64,000 bases of DNA, from positions 628,308,001 to 628,372,000 of the forward strand of contig NC_067399.1 of the NCBI RefSeq assembly GCF_016432865.1. The letters are read 5' to 3'. The DNA comes from Antechinus flavipes (lineage: Eukaryota). Shown here piece by piece: positions 52,546 to 64,000 of the stretch (position 1 is the stretch's first letter; every line of letters starts with the position of its first letter). Position numbers and translations under genes: made by a program. The notes beneath the pieces are model-generated. The model had not been told where the DNA came from and did no database searches. It saw only the letters and a list, made by a program, of their open reading frames with translations.

Positions 52546-52787
52546 CTCTTTCCGTTTGTACTCCACAACTGCATTAGCTGTGTTGATGCCATTGGGGAAA
52601 TTAGGAGGTGAATCATCTTCATCATATACAGTCACAGGAAAGGGCACCATCACAACCTCTTCTCGCAAACCTTCCCAAACTGTGCACTTGGCAATCAATT
52701 CATATTTCTCCTTTTCTTCCCGGTCCAGTGAGTGCCTCATGTTCACCTCCATGGTGTCCTTATCAGAATAGAAGGGAAGGGCTTCTT
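52546..52787 (-). CDS. RET: RET exon 4 (242 nt), cadherin-like domains 2/3 with Ca2+-binding LDRE and DEDD motifs
   Basis: Acceptor ..cacgtAG at 52788-52789, donor GTAAG at 52545. Translates [81 protein letters not shown], ungapped against human exon 4. Confidence 0.97.
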
Positions 52788-53299
52788 CTACGTGACCAAA
52801 GCAAAGACAGGGAACAGTGTTAGTGCAAAATTTTGCAAGGTGGGGGAATGGCATCCCATTCAGACATAGAGGCAGAAATTCCATTGTATTGCCCCTGATT
52901 GGACTGACAGGTGAGGTAAGAGTTAGGAATTTGGGGGCTAGCTATCTAATTTGGCTCATTCCTGTGCTCTCCTTGTTGGAGAGAGAGGAGATAAAAAGGA
53001 GAAAAGAGCAGGAGTATTGTACAAAGCTACTATCTGCATGAGAGATAATTTAATCCTGGCTGCCAATCCTTACAAAGGAAGTACTAAGGGAGAGAATTTA
53101 TACTAGGAAAGGATAACTAAAATGATCAAGACTACAGTATAAATATGAAGAAAGACTAAAAACCAAATGAAGATAACATCATCTAGCATGCAAATGGCCT
53201 TATTAATAATTTCAAGAATACTGAAACAAATATAAATAACTGACAATAAAATAGAATTGTAGGTTTGCAAAGCATTTTATGCAATAATCCCATGATGTA

Positions 53300-53300
<1 letters not shown>

Positions 53301-53366
<66 letters not shown>
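53301..53366. repeat. (GT)5(AT)28 compound microsatellite, intron 3
   Basis: Direct reading. Confidence 0.95.
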
Positions 53367-53368
<2 letters not shown>

Positions 53369-53779
53369 CATTTTACAGATGACAAGACTGAGGCTTTAGG
53401 ACTTATCCATGTCTGCACAGCCAACATGAGAAGATCAGATGTGGACTCAATACTTCTGGATTCCAAAATTAATACAACATTCATCCAACTATCTCTAGAA
53501 ACACTTTCTAAAACCATTTTAAAAACTCATCATTTTCCCCCTATATCCTGCCCATGCTCTTGCCTCCTTTTCCTCTTATCCTTTTCCCACTATCCGATAG
53601 GAGAAATCATCGTCTTTGTTCTTTCTTCTTCTTTCCCCATAAATTCTTAGTTTCTGCCAAGTTCTGAGTTTATTTTAGTTTTGCCATTTATGTCTGTCTC
53701 TCCCAACTTTAATACCATGGTGACTACCACTTGTTCATGTCCCCTTCTTTTTCATGAATACTGCCATCTTACTGTGAAA

Positions 53780-54040
53780 AGTAAAAAAAATAATAATAAT
53801 AATTATATATATACACACACATACATATATATGCGTATGTTTTATATAAAATATATATGCACATATATGTATATCACATGTACATATCATATATTAAATG
53901 TGGTCATATATGAACACATGTGTGTATAACATGTCAAATATAATGTATATAATGGTATGTGTGCCTGGATGTGTGTATATGTGTACTTGTGTGTATAATT
54001 TATATATATACATGTATATGTATATATAAAATATATAGAT
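53780..54040. repeat. TA/CA/TG low-complexity tract
   Basis: Degenerate dinucleotide sequence; similar tracts at 29600-29760 and 45455-45635. Confidence 0.8.
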
Positions 54041-55112
54041 CTGACCACATTACTTCTTTATTCCACAACTAATTTCTTAACTGCTGCCTGTCTCAGGGAA
54101 GACTATATCATCTTCTTCCAACTCTTCAGCCTATAATTCAAGGTCCTTTCACATTCTGGCCCTAATGGACTTTTTCCAGGCTTTGTTTTATCTCTCCCTT
54201 TCACTGTGTTCCAGCTAAATTGAATTATTTAACTCCTAAATCTCATCCTATATTCTCTATCCTCTGTGCATCTTTGTGTGCTATTCTCTATGCAAAGAAC
54301 AGAACTCCAAACCTCAGTATTTTAAAACGTTTTTCTTCCCAAGCCTAGCTCAGGTACCACCTCCACCATGAAACATTTCTGATTCCCCTAAATAAAAATT
54401 ATTCTTCTTCTTAAATTTCTCATGCTGTTTTGACTCTTCCTATGCATTTAACTACATTTTAATTTGTGCTTTCATTATTTGTGAGCCTGCCTTATTGATC
54501 CTATGAATAAAGGAAAAGGCATTTATTTGGCACTTACACAAATGAAGCACCAGCACTTAGCATAGTGCCTGGCATATAATAGGTGCTAAATAAATGTTGA
54601 TTGATTGGCTCTACCCAAGCTTAAATTACCAAATGGATACTACCTCAAACAAAGACCTTGAAAAGACTTTATAGGAAATATAAATTTCTTGAAATAGAGT
54701 TCTAAAAACCTGGCATCAATAAAGTCATTCTGATTCGTATGGAACTCTTGATTGCACCTTAACTTCTTTTTTTTTTTAATTTTTATTTAATAATTACTTT
54801 ATATTGACACTCGTTTCTGTTCCAATTTTTTTTCCCTCCCTCTCTCCACCCCCTCCCCTAGATGGCAAGCAGTCCTTTATATGTTGGATATGTTGCAGTA
54901 TATCCTAGATACAATATATGTTTGCAGAACCGAACAGTTCTCTTGTTGCATAGGGAGAATTGGATTCAGAAGGTATAAATAACCCGGGAAGAAAAACAAA
55001 AATGCAGATAGTTCACATTCGTTTCCCAGTGTTCTTTCTTTGGGTGTAGCTGCTTTTGTCTGTCATTTATCAATTGAAACTCAGGTCTCTTTGTCAAAGA
55101 AATCCCCTTCCA

Positions 55113-58100
55113 TCAAAATATGTCCTCATACAATATCGTTGTCGAAGTGTATAATGATCTCCTGGTTCTGCTCATTTCACTTAGCATCAGTTCATGTAAG
55201 TCTCGCCAGTCCTCTCTGTATTCATCCTGCTGGTCATTTCTTACAGAACAATAATATTCCATAACATTCATATACCATAATTTACCCAGCCATTCTCCAA
55301 TTGATGGGCATCCATTCATTTTCCAGTTTCTAGCCACTACAAACAGGGCTGCTACAAACATTTTGGCACATACAGGTCCCTTTCTCTTCTTTAGTATTTC
55401 TTTGGGATATAAGCCCAATAGAAACACTGCTGGATCAAAGGGTATGCACAATTTGATAATTTTTTGGGCATAATTCCAGATTGCTCTCCAGAATGGTTGG
55501 ATTCGTTCACAACTCCACCAACAATGCAATAGTGTCCCAGTTTTCCCGCATCCCCTCCAACATTCATCATTATTTTTTCCTGTCATCTTAGCCAATCTGA
55601 CAGGTGTGTAGTGGTATCTCAGAGTTGTCTTAATTTGCATTTCTCTGATCAATAATGATTTGGAACACTCTTTCATATGAGTGGTAATAGTTTCAATTTC
55701 ATCCTCTGAAAATTGTCTGTTCATATCCTTTGACCATTTATCAATTGGAAAATGGCTTGATTTCTTATAAATTTGAGTCAGTTCTCTATATATTTTGGAA
55801 ATGAGGCCTTTATCAGAACCTTTAACTGTGAAAATGTTTTCCCAGTTTGTTGCTTCCCTTCTAATCTTGTTTGCATTAGTTTTATTTGTACAAAGGCTTT
55901 TTAATTTGATGTAATCGAAATTTTCTATTTTGTGATCAGTAATGGTCTCTAGTTCATCTTTGGTCACAAATTTCTTTCTCCTCCACAAGTCTGAGAGATA
56001 AACTATTCTATGTTCCTCTAATTTATTTATAATCTCGTTCTTTATGCCTAGGTCATAGACCCATTTTGATCTTATCTTGGTATATGGTGTTAAGTGTGGG
56101 TCCATGCCTAATTTCTGCCATACTAATTTCCAATTATCCCAGCAGTTTTTATCAAATAATGAATTCTTTTCCCAGAAGTTAGGGGCTTTGGGTTTGTCAA
56201 ACACTAGATTGCTATAATTGACTATTCTGTCTTGTGAACCTAGCCTTTTCCACTGATCCACTAATCTATTTCTTAGCCAATACCAAATGGTTTTGGTGAC
56301 TGCTGCTTTATAATATAATTTTAGATCAGGTACAGCTAGGCCACCTTCATTTGATTTTTTTTTCATTAATTCCCTTGAGATTCTCGACTTTTTATTGTTC
56401 CATATGAATTTTGTTGTTATTTTTTCTAGATCAATAAAATATTTTCTTGGAAGTCTGATTGGTATAGCACTAAATAAATAGATTAGTTTAGGGAGTATTG
56501 TCATTTTTATTATGTTCGCTCGGCCGATCCAAGAGCACTTAATATTTTTCCAATTATTTAAGTCTGACTTTATTTGTGTGGAGACTTTTTTATAATTTTG
56601 CTCATATAATTCCTGACTTTCCTTTGGTAGATAGATTCCCAAATATTTTATGGTATCAACAGTTATTCTGAATGGAATTTCTCTTTGTATCTCTTGCTGT
56701 TGGGTTTTGTTGGTGATGTATAAAAATGCTGAGGATTTATGGGGATTTATTTTGTAGCCAGCTACTTTGCTAAAATTATGAATTATTTCCAATAGCTTTT
56801 TAGTAGAATCTCTGGGGTTCTCTAGGTATACCATCATATCATCTGCAAAGAGTGATAGTTTGGTTTCCTCATTGCCTACTCTAATTCCTTTAATTTCTTT
56901 CTCGACTCTTATTGCCGAGGCTAGTGTTTCTAATACGATATTAAATAATAATGGTGATAGTGGGCAACCTTGCTTCACTCCAGATCTTACTGGGAAAGGT
57001 TCCAGTTTTTCCCCATTGCATATGATGCTTACTGATGGTTTTAAATATATGCTCCTGACTATTTTAAGGAAAAGTCCATTTATTCCTATGCTCTCAAGTG
57101 TTTTTATTAGGAATGGATGTTGGATTTTATCAAATGCTTTTTTTGCATCTATTGAGATGATCATATGGTTTTTGTTTGTTTGGTTATTGATATAGTCAAT
57201 TATGCTAATAGTTTTCCTAATATTGAACCAGCCCTGCATTCCTGGTATAAATCCTACTTGGTCATAGTGTATTATTCTGGTGATGATTTTCTGTAATCTT
57301 TTTGCTAATATTTTATTTAAGATTTTAGCATCAATATTCATTAGGGAGATTGGTCTATAATTTTCTTTCTCTGTTTTCAGCCTACCTGGTTTAGGTATCA
57401 GTACCATGTCTGTGTCATAAAAGGAGTTTGGTAGGACTCCTTCAATCCCTATTTTTTCAAATAGTTTATATAACATTGGAATTAATTGTTCTTTAAATGT
57501 TTGGTAGAATTCACATGTAAATCCATCTGGTCCTGGGGATTTTTTCTTAGGGAGTTGATTGATAGTTTGTTCTATTTCTTTTTCTGAGATGGGACTGTTT
57601 AGGATATTTACTTCTTCCTCTGTTAGTTTGGGCAAGCTATATTTTTGGAGGTATTTTTCTATTTCATTTAAGTTGTCGAATTTATTGGCATAAAGTTGGG
57701 CAAAGTAACTCCTAATTATTGCTCTAATTTCCTCTTCGTTAGTGGCGAGTTCTCCCTTTTCATTTTTAAGACTAACAATTTGATTTTCCTCTTTCCTTTT
57801 TTTAATCAGATTTACTAAGGGTTTGTCTATTTTGTTGGTTTTTTCATAGAACCAACTCTTAGTTTTATTAATCAATTCAATAGTTTTTTTACTTTCAATT
57901 TTATTGATCTCACCTTTTATTTTTAGAATTTCAAGTTTAGTGTTTGATTGGGGGTTTTTAATTTGTTCCTTTTCTAGCATTTTTAATTGCAAACCCAATT
58001 CATTGATCTTCTCTTTCTCTATTTTATACAAATAGGCCTCTAGAGATATGAAATTTCCCCTTATTACCGCTTTGGCTGCATCCCATACATTTTGGTATGA

Positions 58101-58941
58101 TGTCTCATTATTATCATTTTCTTGGGTGAAGTTATTAATTATGTCTATGATTTGCTGTTTCACCCAATCATTCTTTAGTATGAGATTATTTAGTTTCCAA
58201 TTATTTTTTGGTCTACTTCCCCTGGTTTTTTGTTGAATGTAATTTTCATTGCATCGTGGTCTGAAAAGGATGCATTTACTATTTCTGCCTTACTGCATTT
58301 GAGTTTGAGGTTTTTATGTCCTAATATATGGTCAATTTTTGTATAGGTTCCATGAACTGCTGAAAAGAAAGTGTATTCCTTTCTGTCTCCATTACATTTT
58401 CTCCAGAGATCTATCATATCTAACTTTTCTAGTATTCTATTTACCTCTTTGACTTCTTTCTTATTTATTTTGTGGTTTGATTTATCTAATTCTGAGAGTG
58501 CAAGGTTGAGATCTCCCACTATTATAGTTTTACTGTCTATTTCTTCTTGCAGCTCTCTTAGTTTCTCTTTTAAGAATTTAGATGCTACCCACTTGGTGCA
58601 TATATGTTTAATATAGATAGTGCTTCATTATCCATGCTACCCTTTAGCAAGATATAGTGTCCTTCCTTATCTCTTTTAATTAGGTCAATTTTTGCTTTAG
58701 CTTGATCTGAGATCAGGATGGCTACCCCTGCTTTTTTGACTTCATCTGAAGCATAGTAGATTTTGCTCCAACCTTTTACCTTTAACCTGCATGTATCTCC
58801 CCGCTTCAGGTGTGTTTCCTGTAAACAACATATTGTAGGATTCTGGCTTTTAATCCATTCTGCTAACCGCTTCCTCTTTATGGGGGAGTTTACCCCATTC
58901 ACATTTATGGTTAGAATGACCAATTCTGTATTACTTGCCAT
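55113..58941 (-). pseudogene. L1 ORF2 (endonuclease, reverse transcriptase, CCHC knuckle) with two 1-nt frameshifts in the endonuclease region
   Basis: Track ORFs 58585-58941 (CLQETH), 58190-58519 (GDLN, SDH) and 55113-58163 (1016 aa open, SLFADD, CWRGC..HCWWSC) join after frame corrections at ~58588 and ~58217. Confidence 0.95.
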
Positions 58942-59462
58942 CTTGTTAACCCCGGTTTATGCTTTTCTCCCTTCTTTCCCCTTTCCCCCCCTTCCCAGTA
59001 TTAAGCTTGTGAGCACCACTTGCTTCTCACAGCCCTCCCTTTTTAGTATCCCTCCCCCCGCCTTAGAGTTCCTCCCCCTATCTTACCCCTTTCCCTCCCA
59101 GTTCCCGTATTCCCTTCCACTTAGCTTATTCCTTCCCTTTTCACTTTTCCCTTCTCACTTTTCAATGAGGTGGGAGAAGTTTTACCATAGATTGAATATG
59201 TCTTAAGATTTTTCACTTAAAGCCAATTCTGAAGGCAGTAAGATACCCACTATATTCATCCCCCTCCCTTCTTTCTCTCAGATATAATAGGTTTCCTATG
59301 CCTCTTCATGAGATGTACTACCCCCACTTTACCCTTTTTCTGATACAATGTCCTTTCCACATCAATTTCTAGAACAAGGTATACATGTATTCTTTATACA
59401 TCTATATAGTCAAAATATAGTTCCCAAGATTAATCTTTACCTTTTTAGATTTCTCTTGAGTT

Positions 59463-60529
59463 CTATATTTGTAGATCAAACTTTTTGTTAAGTTCTGGTT
59501 TTTTCATCAGAAATAGATGAAATTCGCTTACTTCGTTGAATGTCCATCTTCTTCCCTGGAAAAAGATGCTCATTCTCGCTGGGTAAGTTATTTTTGGTTG
59601 CATACCAAGTTCCTTAGCCTTTCGGAATATCATCTTTTAATGTGGATGCTGCCAGATCCTGGGTGATCCTTATTGTGGCTCCTTGATACTTGAATTGGGT
59701 TTTTCTAGCCACTTGCAATATTTTTTCCTTCATCTGAGGGTTCTGGCATTTGGCCACTATATTCCTTGGTGTTTTGATTTTAGGATCCCTTTCAGTGGGT
59801 GATCAATGAATCCTTTCAATGTTTATTTTTTCCTCTGTTCCTATGACTTCTGGGCAGTTCTCTTTGATAATTTCCTGGAAAATAGTGTCCAGGCTCTTTT
59901 TTTCATCATGTTTTTCTGGGAGTCCAATGATTCTCAGATTGTCTCTCCTGGATCTGTTTTCCAGGTCTGTTGTCTTCCCCAGAAGGTATTTCACATTTTT
60001 CTCCATTGTTTGATTTTTTTGGATTTGCTTGACTGATTCTTCTTGTCTCCTCGAGTCATTCAATTCCACTTGTTCAAGTCTGATTTTCAGTGAAGTGTTC
60101 TCTTCACTCACTTTTTTAAAATCTTTTTCTAATTGTCCAATTGAGTTCTTTTGTTCTGTGGAATTTTTTTCCATTTCGCCAATTTTGTTTTCCAGTTCAC
60201 CAATCCTATTTTTCAAGGATTTTACTTCTTTATCCACTCTCTCTTTAACTTTCTCCAGGCTCTTTTGCCAAGCCTCCCTCTCCTTTTCCCAAGCTTCCCT
60301 CTCCTTTTGCCAAGCCTCACTCTGCTTTCCCCATTTTTTCTTCTAGCTCCCTTGAGAGAGCCTTTTTAATCACTTCTATGAGGTTTGTCTGTGCTGAGGA
60401 ACAGATGATCTCCTCCTTTGGGGATTCACCTGGGGACTGCCTGTTTTTAGTCTCCTCAGGATTTAGAGTCTGCTCTCTATCTGTGTAGAAGCTGTCAAGG
60501 GTTAAAGTCCTCTTCAGCTTCTTGCTCAT
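59463..60529 (-). pseudogene. L1 ORF1 with three lesions
   Basis: Extra A in the run at ~60334-60339; TGA (likely from CGA) at 59803-59805; ~17-nt deletion near 59635; terminal ..KFDLQI* at 59463. Confidence 0.9.
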
Positions 60530-61112
60530 TCTGTCTATTAATCAGAGACAAACTACCAAAGAAAAACAGAAAAAACTGGAGTCTTTCTTTGGGGGAGGGG
60601 TTGGGTATGTTACCAAGCTTCCTCTACAGACTGCAGGGGGCAGCAGTGAGGCACTAGCAGGACTGTGCTGCGCCTGCGCTCTGAGATCCCAGAGCGTGCT
60701 GAGTCACTGTGGGGGGGGAAGGGGGAGACGGCCAGGTCCCGAGAGACTCCAGCTGTTTGGGGTTGTATTCTTCAGCCCTGGTGTTTTTAGCTTCTCTGCT
60801 GGGCTGCTGACTTGCTGCCGGAGCAAAGTATCCAAACCTGTAGCGAAGCTCTCCCCGCAGAGACGGCTGCGATCACTCCCCACCCCCTCTCCAGTCTGCT
60901 CCCGTGCTCTCACTGCTGCTGCCCGCCGCCTGCGCCCGATCTAAAACCATCCCAGCCCTCCAGTAAAGACAGACCTTTCTTGGCGGATCTCAAGGATGGC
61001 TTCTCTTGGTAACTATATGTGGGTTTTTTTCAGTCAAGCATTGATTCAGAGGCTTGTAATGAAGTGGATAGTGAGAGAAAGCGTGGAGCTTATGCAGCTG
61101 TGAGCCTCCTCT

Positions 61113-61132
61113 CCGCCATCTTAACCGGAAGT
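61113..61132 (-). promoter_or_regulatory. L1 internal promoter start: YY1 motif (AAGATGGCGG) and ETS motif (ACTTCCGG)
   Basis: Element begins GAGGACTTCCGGTTAAGATGGCGG; a YY1 site near +15 is a known feature of mammalian L1 5' ends. Confidence 0.75.
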
Positions 61133-61329
61133 CCTCTGCACCTTAACTTCAAATTACTCTAGCTTTCATTGATTGGTCATAATGGGCCCAACACAAGTCT
61201 CAGTTGGTCATTGTTTGGGTTTTGCTGGCTCAGGGTAAGTGTAAACAAACTGTTTCTGTTTTTGTCAGAAAACTTGAGGGTCTTCCCCTTCATATTGATT
61301 TGTTTTGTTTTGTTTTGTTTTTGAGTAGG

Positions 61330-61625
61330 TAAAAGCAGCCATTTTTTGCCTCTTTTATAACATAGCCTAATCATTGAATGGGTGTTACCTCAGACAAACT
61401 GAAAGACCTTAGCTTTAAAAGACCAAGATCTTCCACTACATCCAGGGTCATTCTTAGTCATCCTATCTTGTCTTGCCCTTGGATCCAGATGGCTTTGGAG
61501 GGGTAATTGAGGATGGTGACTTCGCACCATCATATTTCGCTTAAATCCAATTCACTCCTAAATCATGATATCACCTTCCCAATATTATGGACCTCTTGGA
61601 CAATGAAGAATAAACAACAACAACA
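61330..61625 (+). mobile_element. RTE-tailed marsupial SINE (WALLSI/MdoRep-like)
   Basis: CACTTAAATCCAATTCAC-like core and (CAA)n tail; related copies at ~16400-16670 (+) and ~46430-46650 (-). Confidence 0.6.
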
Positions 61626-64000
61626 AATTCTGAGGACATAAAAAGAGAAGAAATTCCCTGCTCTCAAGGAGATTATATACATCTTAATGGGAGAAGACAA
61701 CACATAAAGAAAAGTTCATTTTTGGGGGATGGTCCAGTGTTCCTTAGAGTACAGTGCCAAAGCAGATGGTAAGAACTTTTGTTTCTGTCATTTTCATTTA
61801 AATAATACCTTTTTCTGAGTAAGTGTCCCGAGAAAAATAAAGGCCCAACACAGCTGAGGAAGAAAAAGGAGGAGAGATGAGGATGACTGAAATAACAACA
61901 ACCAACTTAATGTAACACTTTACACATGTTATTTCACATGAGCCTCACAACAACCAGGTAAGGTTGATAGTACAGAAAAATGAAGAGAATGACAAGCAGT
62001 TTACTCAGACAGACCTTCCAGCTCCAATCCAGGATTCCATGTTAGTAATCACATCAACTTCCATTTATTTACTTTATATTATCTCACTTGGTATTACCAA
62101 TTGTCTTGGGAGGCATGTAGTATTTTCCTCATTTTCTAAACATAGGAAATGGGATTAAAACCCAGGTTACTGGGAATCTAAGTCCAATAAACTAAGCCAG
62201 TCAGTGATTTTTTTTCTCTTCATCCCATCTTTGGCAAAACAGGGCAAGGTAAGTTTATTACATTTGGGGATAGAATTGGCCAACTGCACCATAATAGGAC
62301 CTTGTTGGTTCACTTATTTTAGTCATGTATGACTCTTTGTAACCCCATTTGGGGTTTTCTTGTCAAAGATACTGTAATAGTTTGCCATTTCCTTCTCCAC
62401 CTCATTTTACAGATGAGAAAATTGAGACAAACAAGATTTAGCAATTTGCCCAGGGTCACTAACTTAGTGACCTCATTCACACTCAAATGCTAATTCTATG
62501 AGGCACTGGCATTTAAACTTTTATCCCTAACAGAGAGGAGACCTTTAGCACTTCCTTCCCAAAGTCTCTATTCATATCAATGAAGAAGTAAACAGTCCAA
62601 GAGCTGACACCACTGGTCTTCCCTAAGCTTTTCCATGGCTCCTTATTGTCAATGACTGTGATGAAAATAACAATAATGACAAACAATAATAATAGCATTT
62701 CTGAAGCATTTTAAGGTTTGCAAAATATTACAGCACTTTGAGCAGCCAGGCAACATAAACTTCAAAAAAGCTGTAAAAGCCACAAGAATTCAAAAGAGTT
62801 TTAAAGTAGTTGTGGTCATGTTAAATTCTGATTGCACCAAGAGTTAAAAACAAAGAAATAATCTGGTCAAATTATGTGCACTGCAAAGTGCTTTTTTGTT
62901 TTGTTTTGTTTTAAGATTCTTCTGCAAACAAGGAAATAAAATCTGATGAAGTCATACTGTTTTAATGGCTCCCACATGGGAGCTGTCCACTTCCTTAGGA
63001 GGGCTGCCTTAAGATTAGACTAAAATCCCTTCTCCTCTGGCATCTTCCAGGAACTCACCCAAGGGTGGCTACTGGGTTTTCTTTTCTAAGTTCAAATACT
63101 CCCTGAAACATCTACTGACCCCTGGCAAGTCACTTAACCCTGCTTGCTCACTTTCCTCATCTGTAAAATAAGTTAAGAGAAACAAATGGCAAAAACAAAA
63201 CCAAAACAAACAAACAAACAACAACAAAAAACAAATGGGTTCATGAAGAATTGAATACAGCTAAAAACAACTGAATAAACAACAAAAATAGATTGCATGT
63301 CTGGATATATGCATGTCTATATGCATATACCTATGCATATATATATATCTCAAATACAAGTTACAAAGTTTCCAACAAATGTTTCACCCTCTTTTTCAAT
63401 AGTTGCATCAATGAAACAAGACCTTTTCAGAGGAACAATACATGAGTTCTAGCACTATATTAAAAGGATTGATTTCATAACAAACATCAGAACTTGCACA
63501 TTCAAGTAATAATTGTCTTCTTCAAAATAATCAATCAATAAAAACTTATTAACTGTCTACCATATACCGGGCATTGTGCAAACTACTAGAAAAGTTATTT
63601 ATATAAACTGTAATATATAAAATATGATAGCTAAGCATAAAATAGTCATTTTGGAAAGCTATGTGCTTGTTCCAACCATGCTTCTGACCAAGGCTCCTAT
63701 TTGAGAACTATCTTTAGAATCTCCAAAATGTGTTGGCATTGCTTTTCAGTAGTGTGACAGCTTCATTCTATGTGTCTGGGTTTTATTTTTGCAATCAATC
63801 AAAGATTACTGAGAATCAAGAGTAGTAAAAATGTGGCTAATCAAACTAGAAAATAAGTTTTTCCTTACAAATGAGTTTTGATTGATAAGAGCAAGAGATT
63901 CCTGTTTTGTACAATTCATAAAATTGGCTTTCAAGGCAATTCTATAATAGGAGCTCCAGAGACAGTTGAAACAATTACATTGTGGTTTGGATAAGGCAGA

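Larger units (their letters stand above)
54767..61136 (-). mobile_element. Full-length LINE-1 (6370 bp) in RET intron 3, same strand as RET, inactivated
   Basis: Identical 14-bp TSD TGCACCTTAACTTC at 54753-54766 and 61137-61150; poly(A) tail at ~54767-54777. 5'UTR 60530-61136, ORF1 59463-60529, 521-nt spacer, ORF2 55113-58941, 3'UTR. Confidence 0.98.

Noticed and set aside
60522-60944. 140-aa antisense ORF in the L1 5'UTR as an ORF0 analogue
   Set aside because: It starts at TTG, not ATG, lies in GC-rich sequence where long stop-free frames are expected, and shows no similarity to primate ORF0.
52788-64000. RET exon 3 or upstream exons
   Set aside because: No sequence encoding the CLD1/2 motifs of exons 1-3 was found on either side of the L1; they must lie beyond 64000.

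Overview
AT-rich vertebrate genomic DNA from a marsupial, probably Australian and possibly dasyurid (inferred from WSINE1-like SINEs, RTE-tailed SINEs and an L1 with a long inter-ORF spacer). The window holds most of the RET receptor tyrosine kinase gene on the minus strand. Exons 4-20 were traced base by base, all with AG/GT boundaries, continuous reading phase and the exon lengths I recall for human RET. Both C-terminal isoforms are present: RET9 by read-through of exon 19 ([10 protein letters not shown]) and RET51 via exon 20, whose end is hidden by an N gap. The long 3'UTR ends at an AATAAA near 2721. Exons 1-3 lie beyond the window. Intron 3 contains a full-length 6.37-kb L1 in RET-sense orientation with a perfect 14-bp target-site duplication; it is young but has lesions in both ORFs. 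The other introns hold L1, L2, L3 and SINE remnants, a 7SL retrocopy and two unexplained ~200-bp local duplications. The best candidate for an undescribed mechanism is in intron 19. A 27-bp long-range RNA duplex (5769-5800 with 5134-5161) covers the likely branch point of exon 20 and loops out the presumed RET9 3'-end region. Next to it is a 12-bp hairpin that hides every cryptic AG before the exon-20 acceptor. Together these suggest an RNA-structure switch for the RET9/RET51 choice. Most entries in the supplied ORF track are spurious. All comparisons with human RET come from memory and need alignment.
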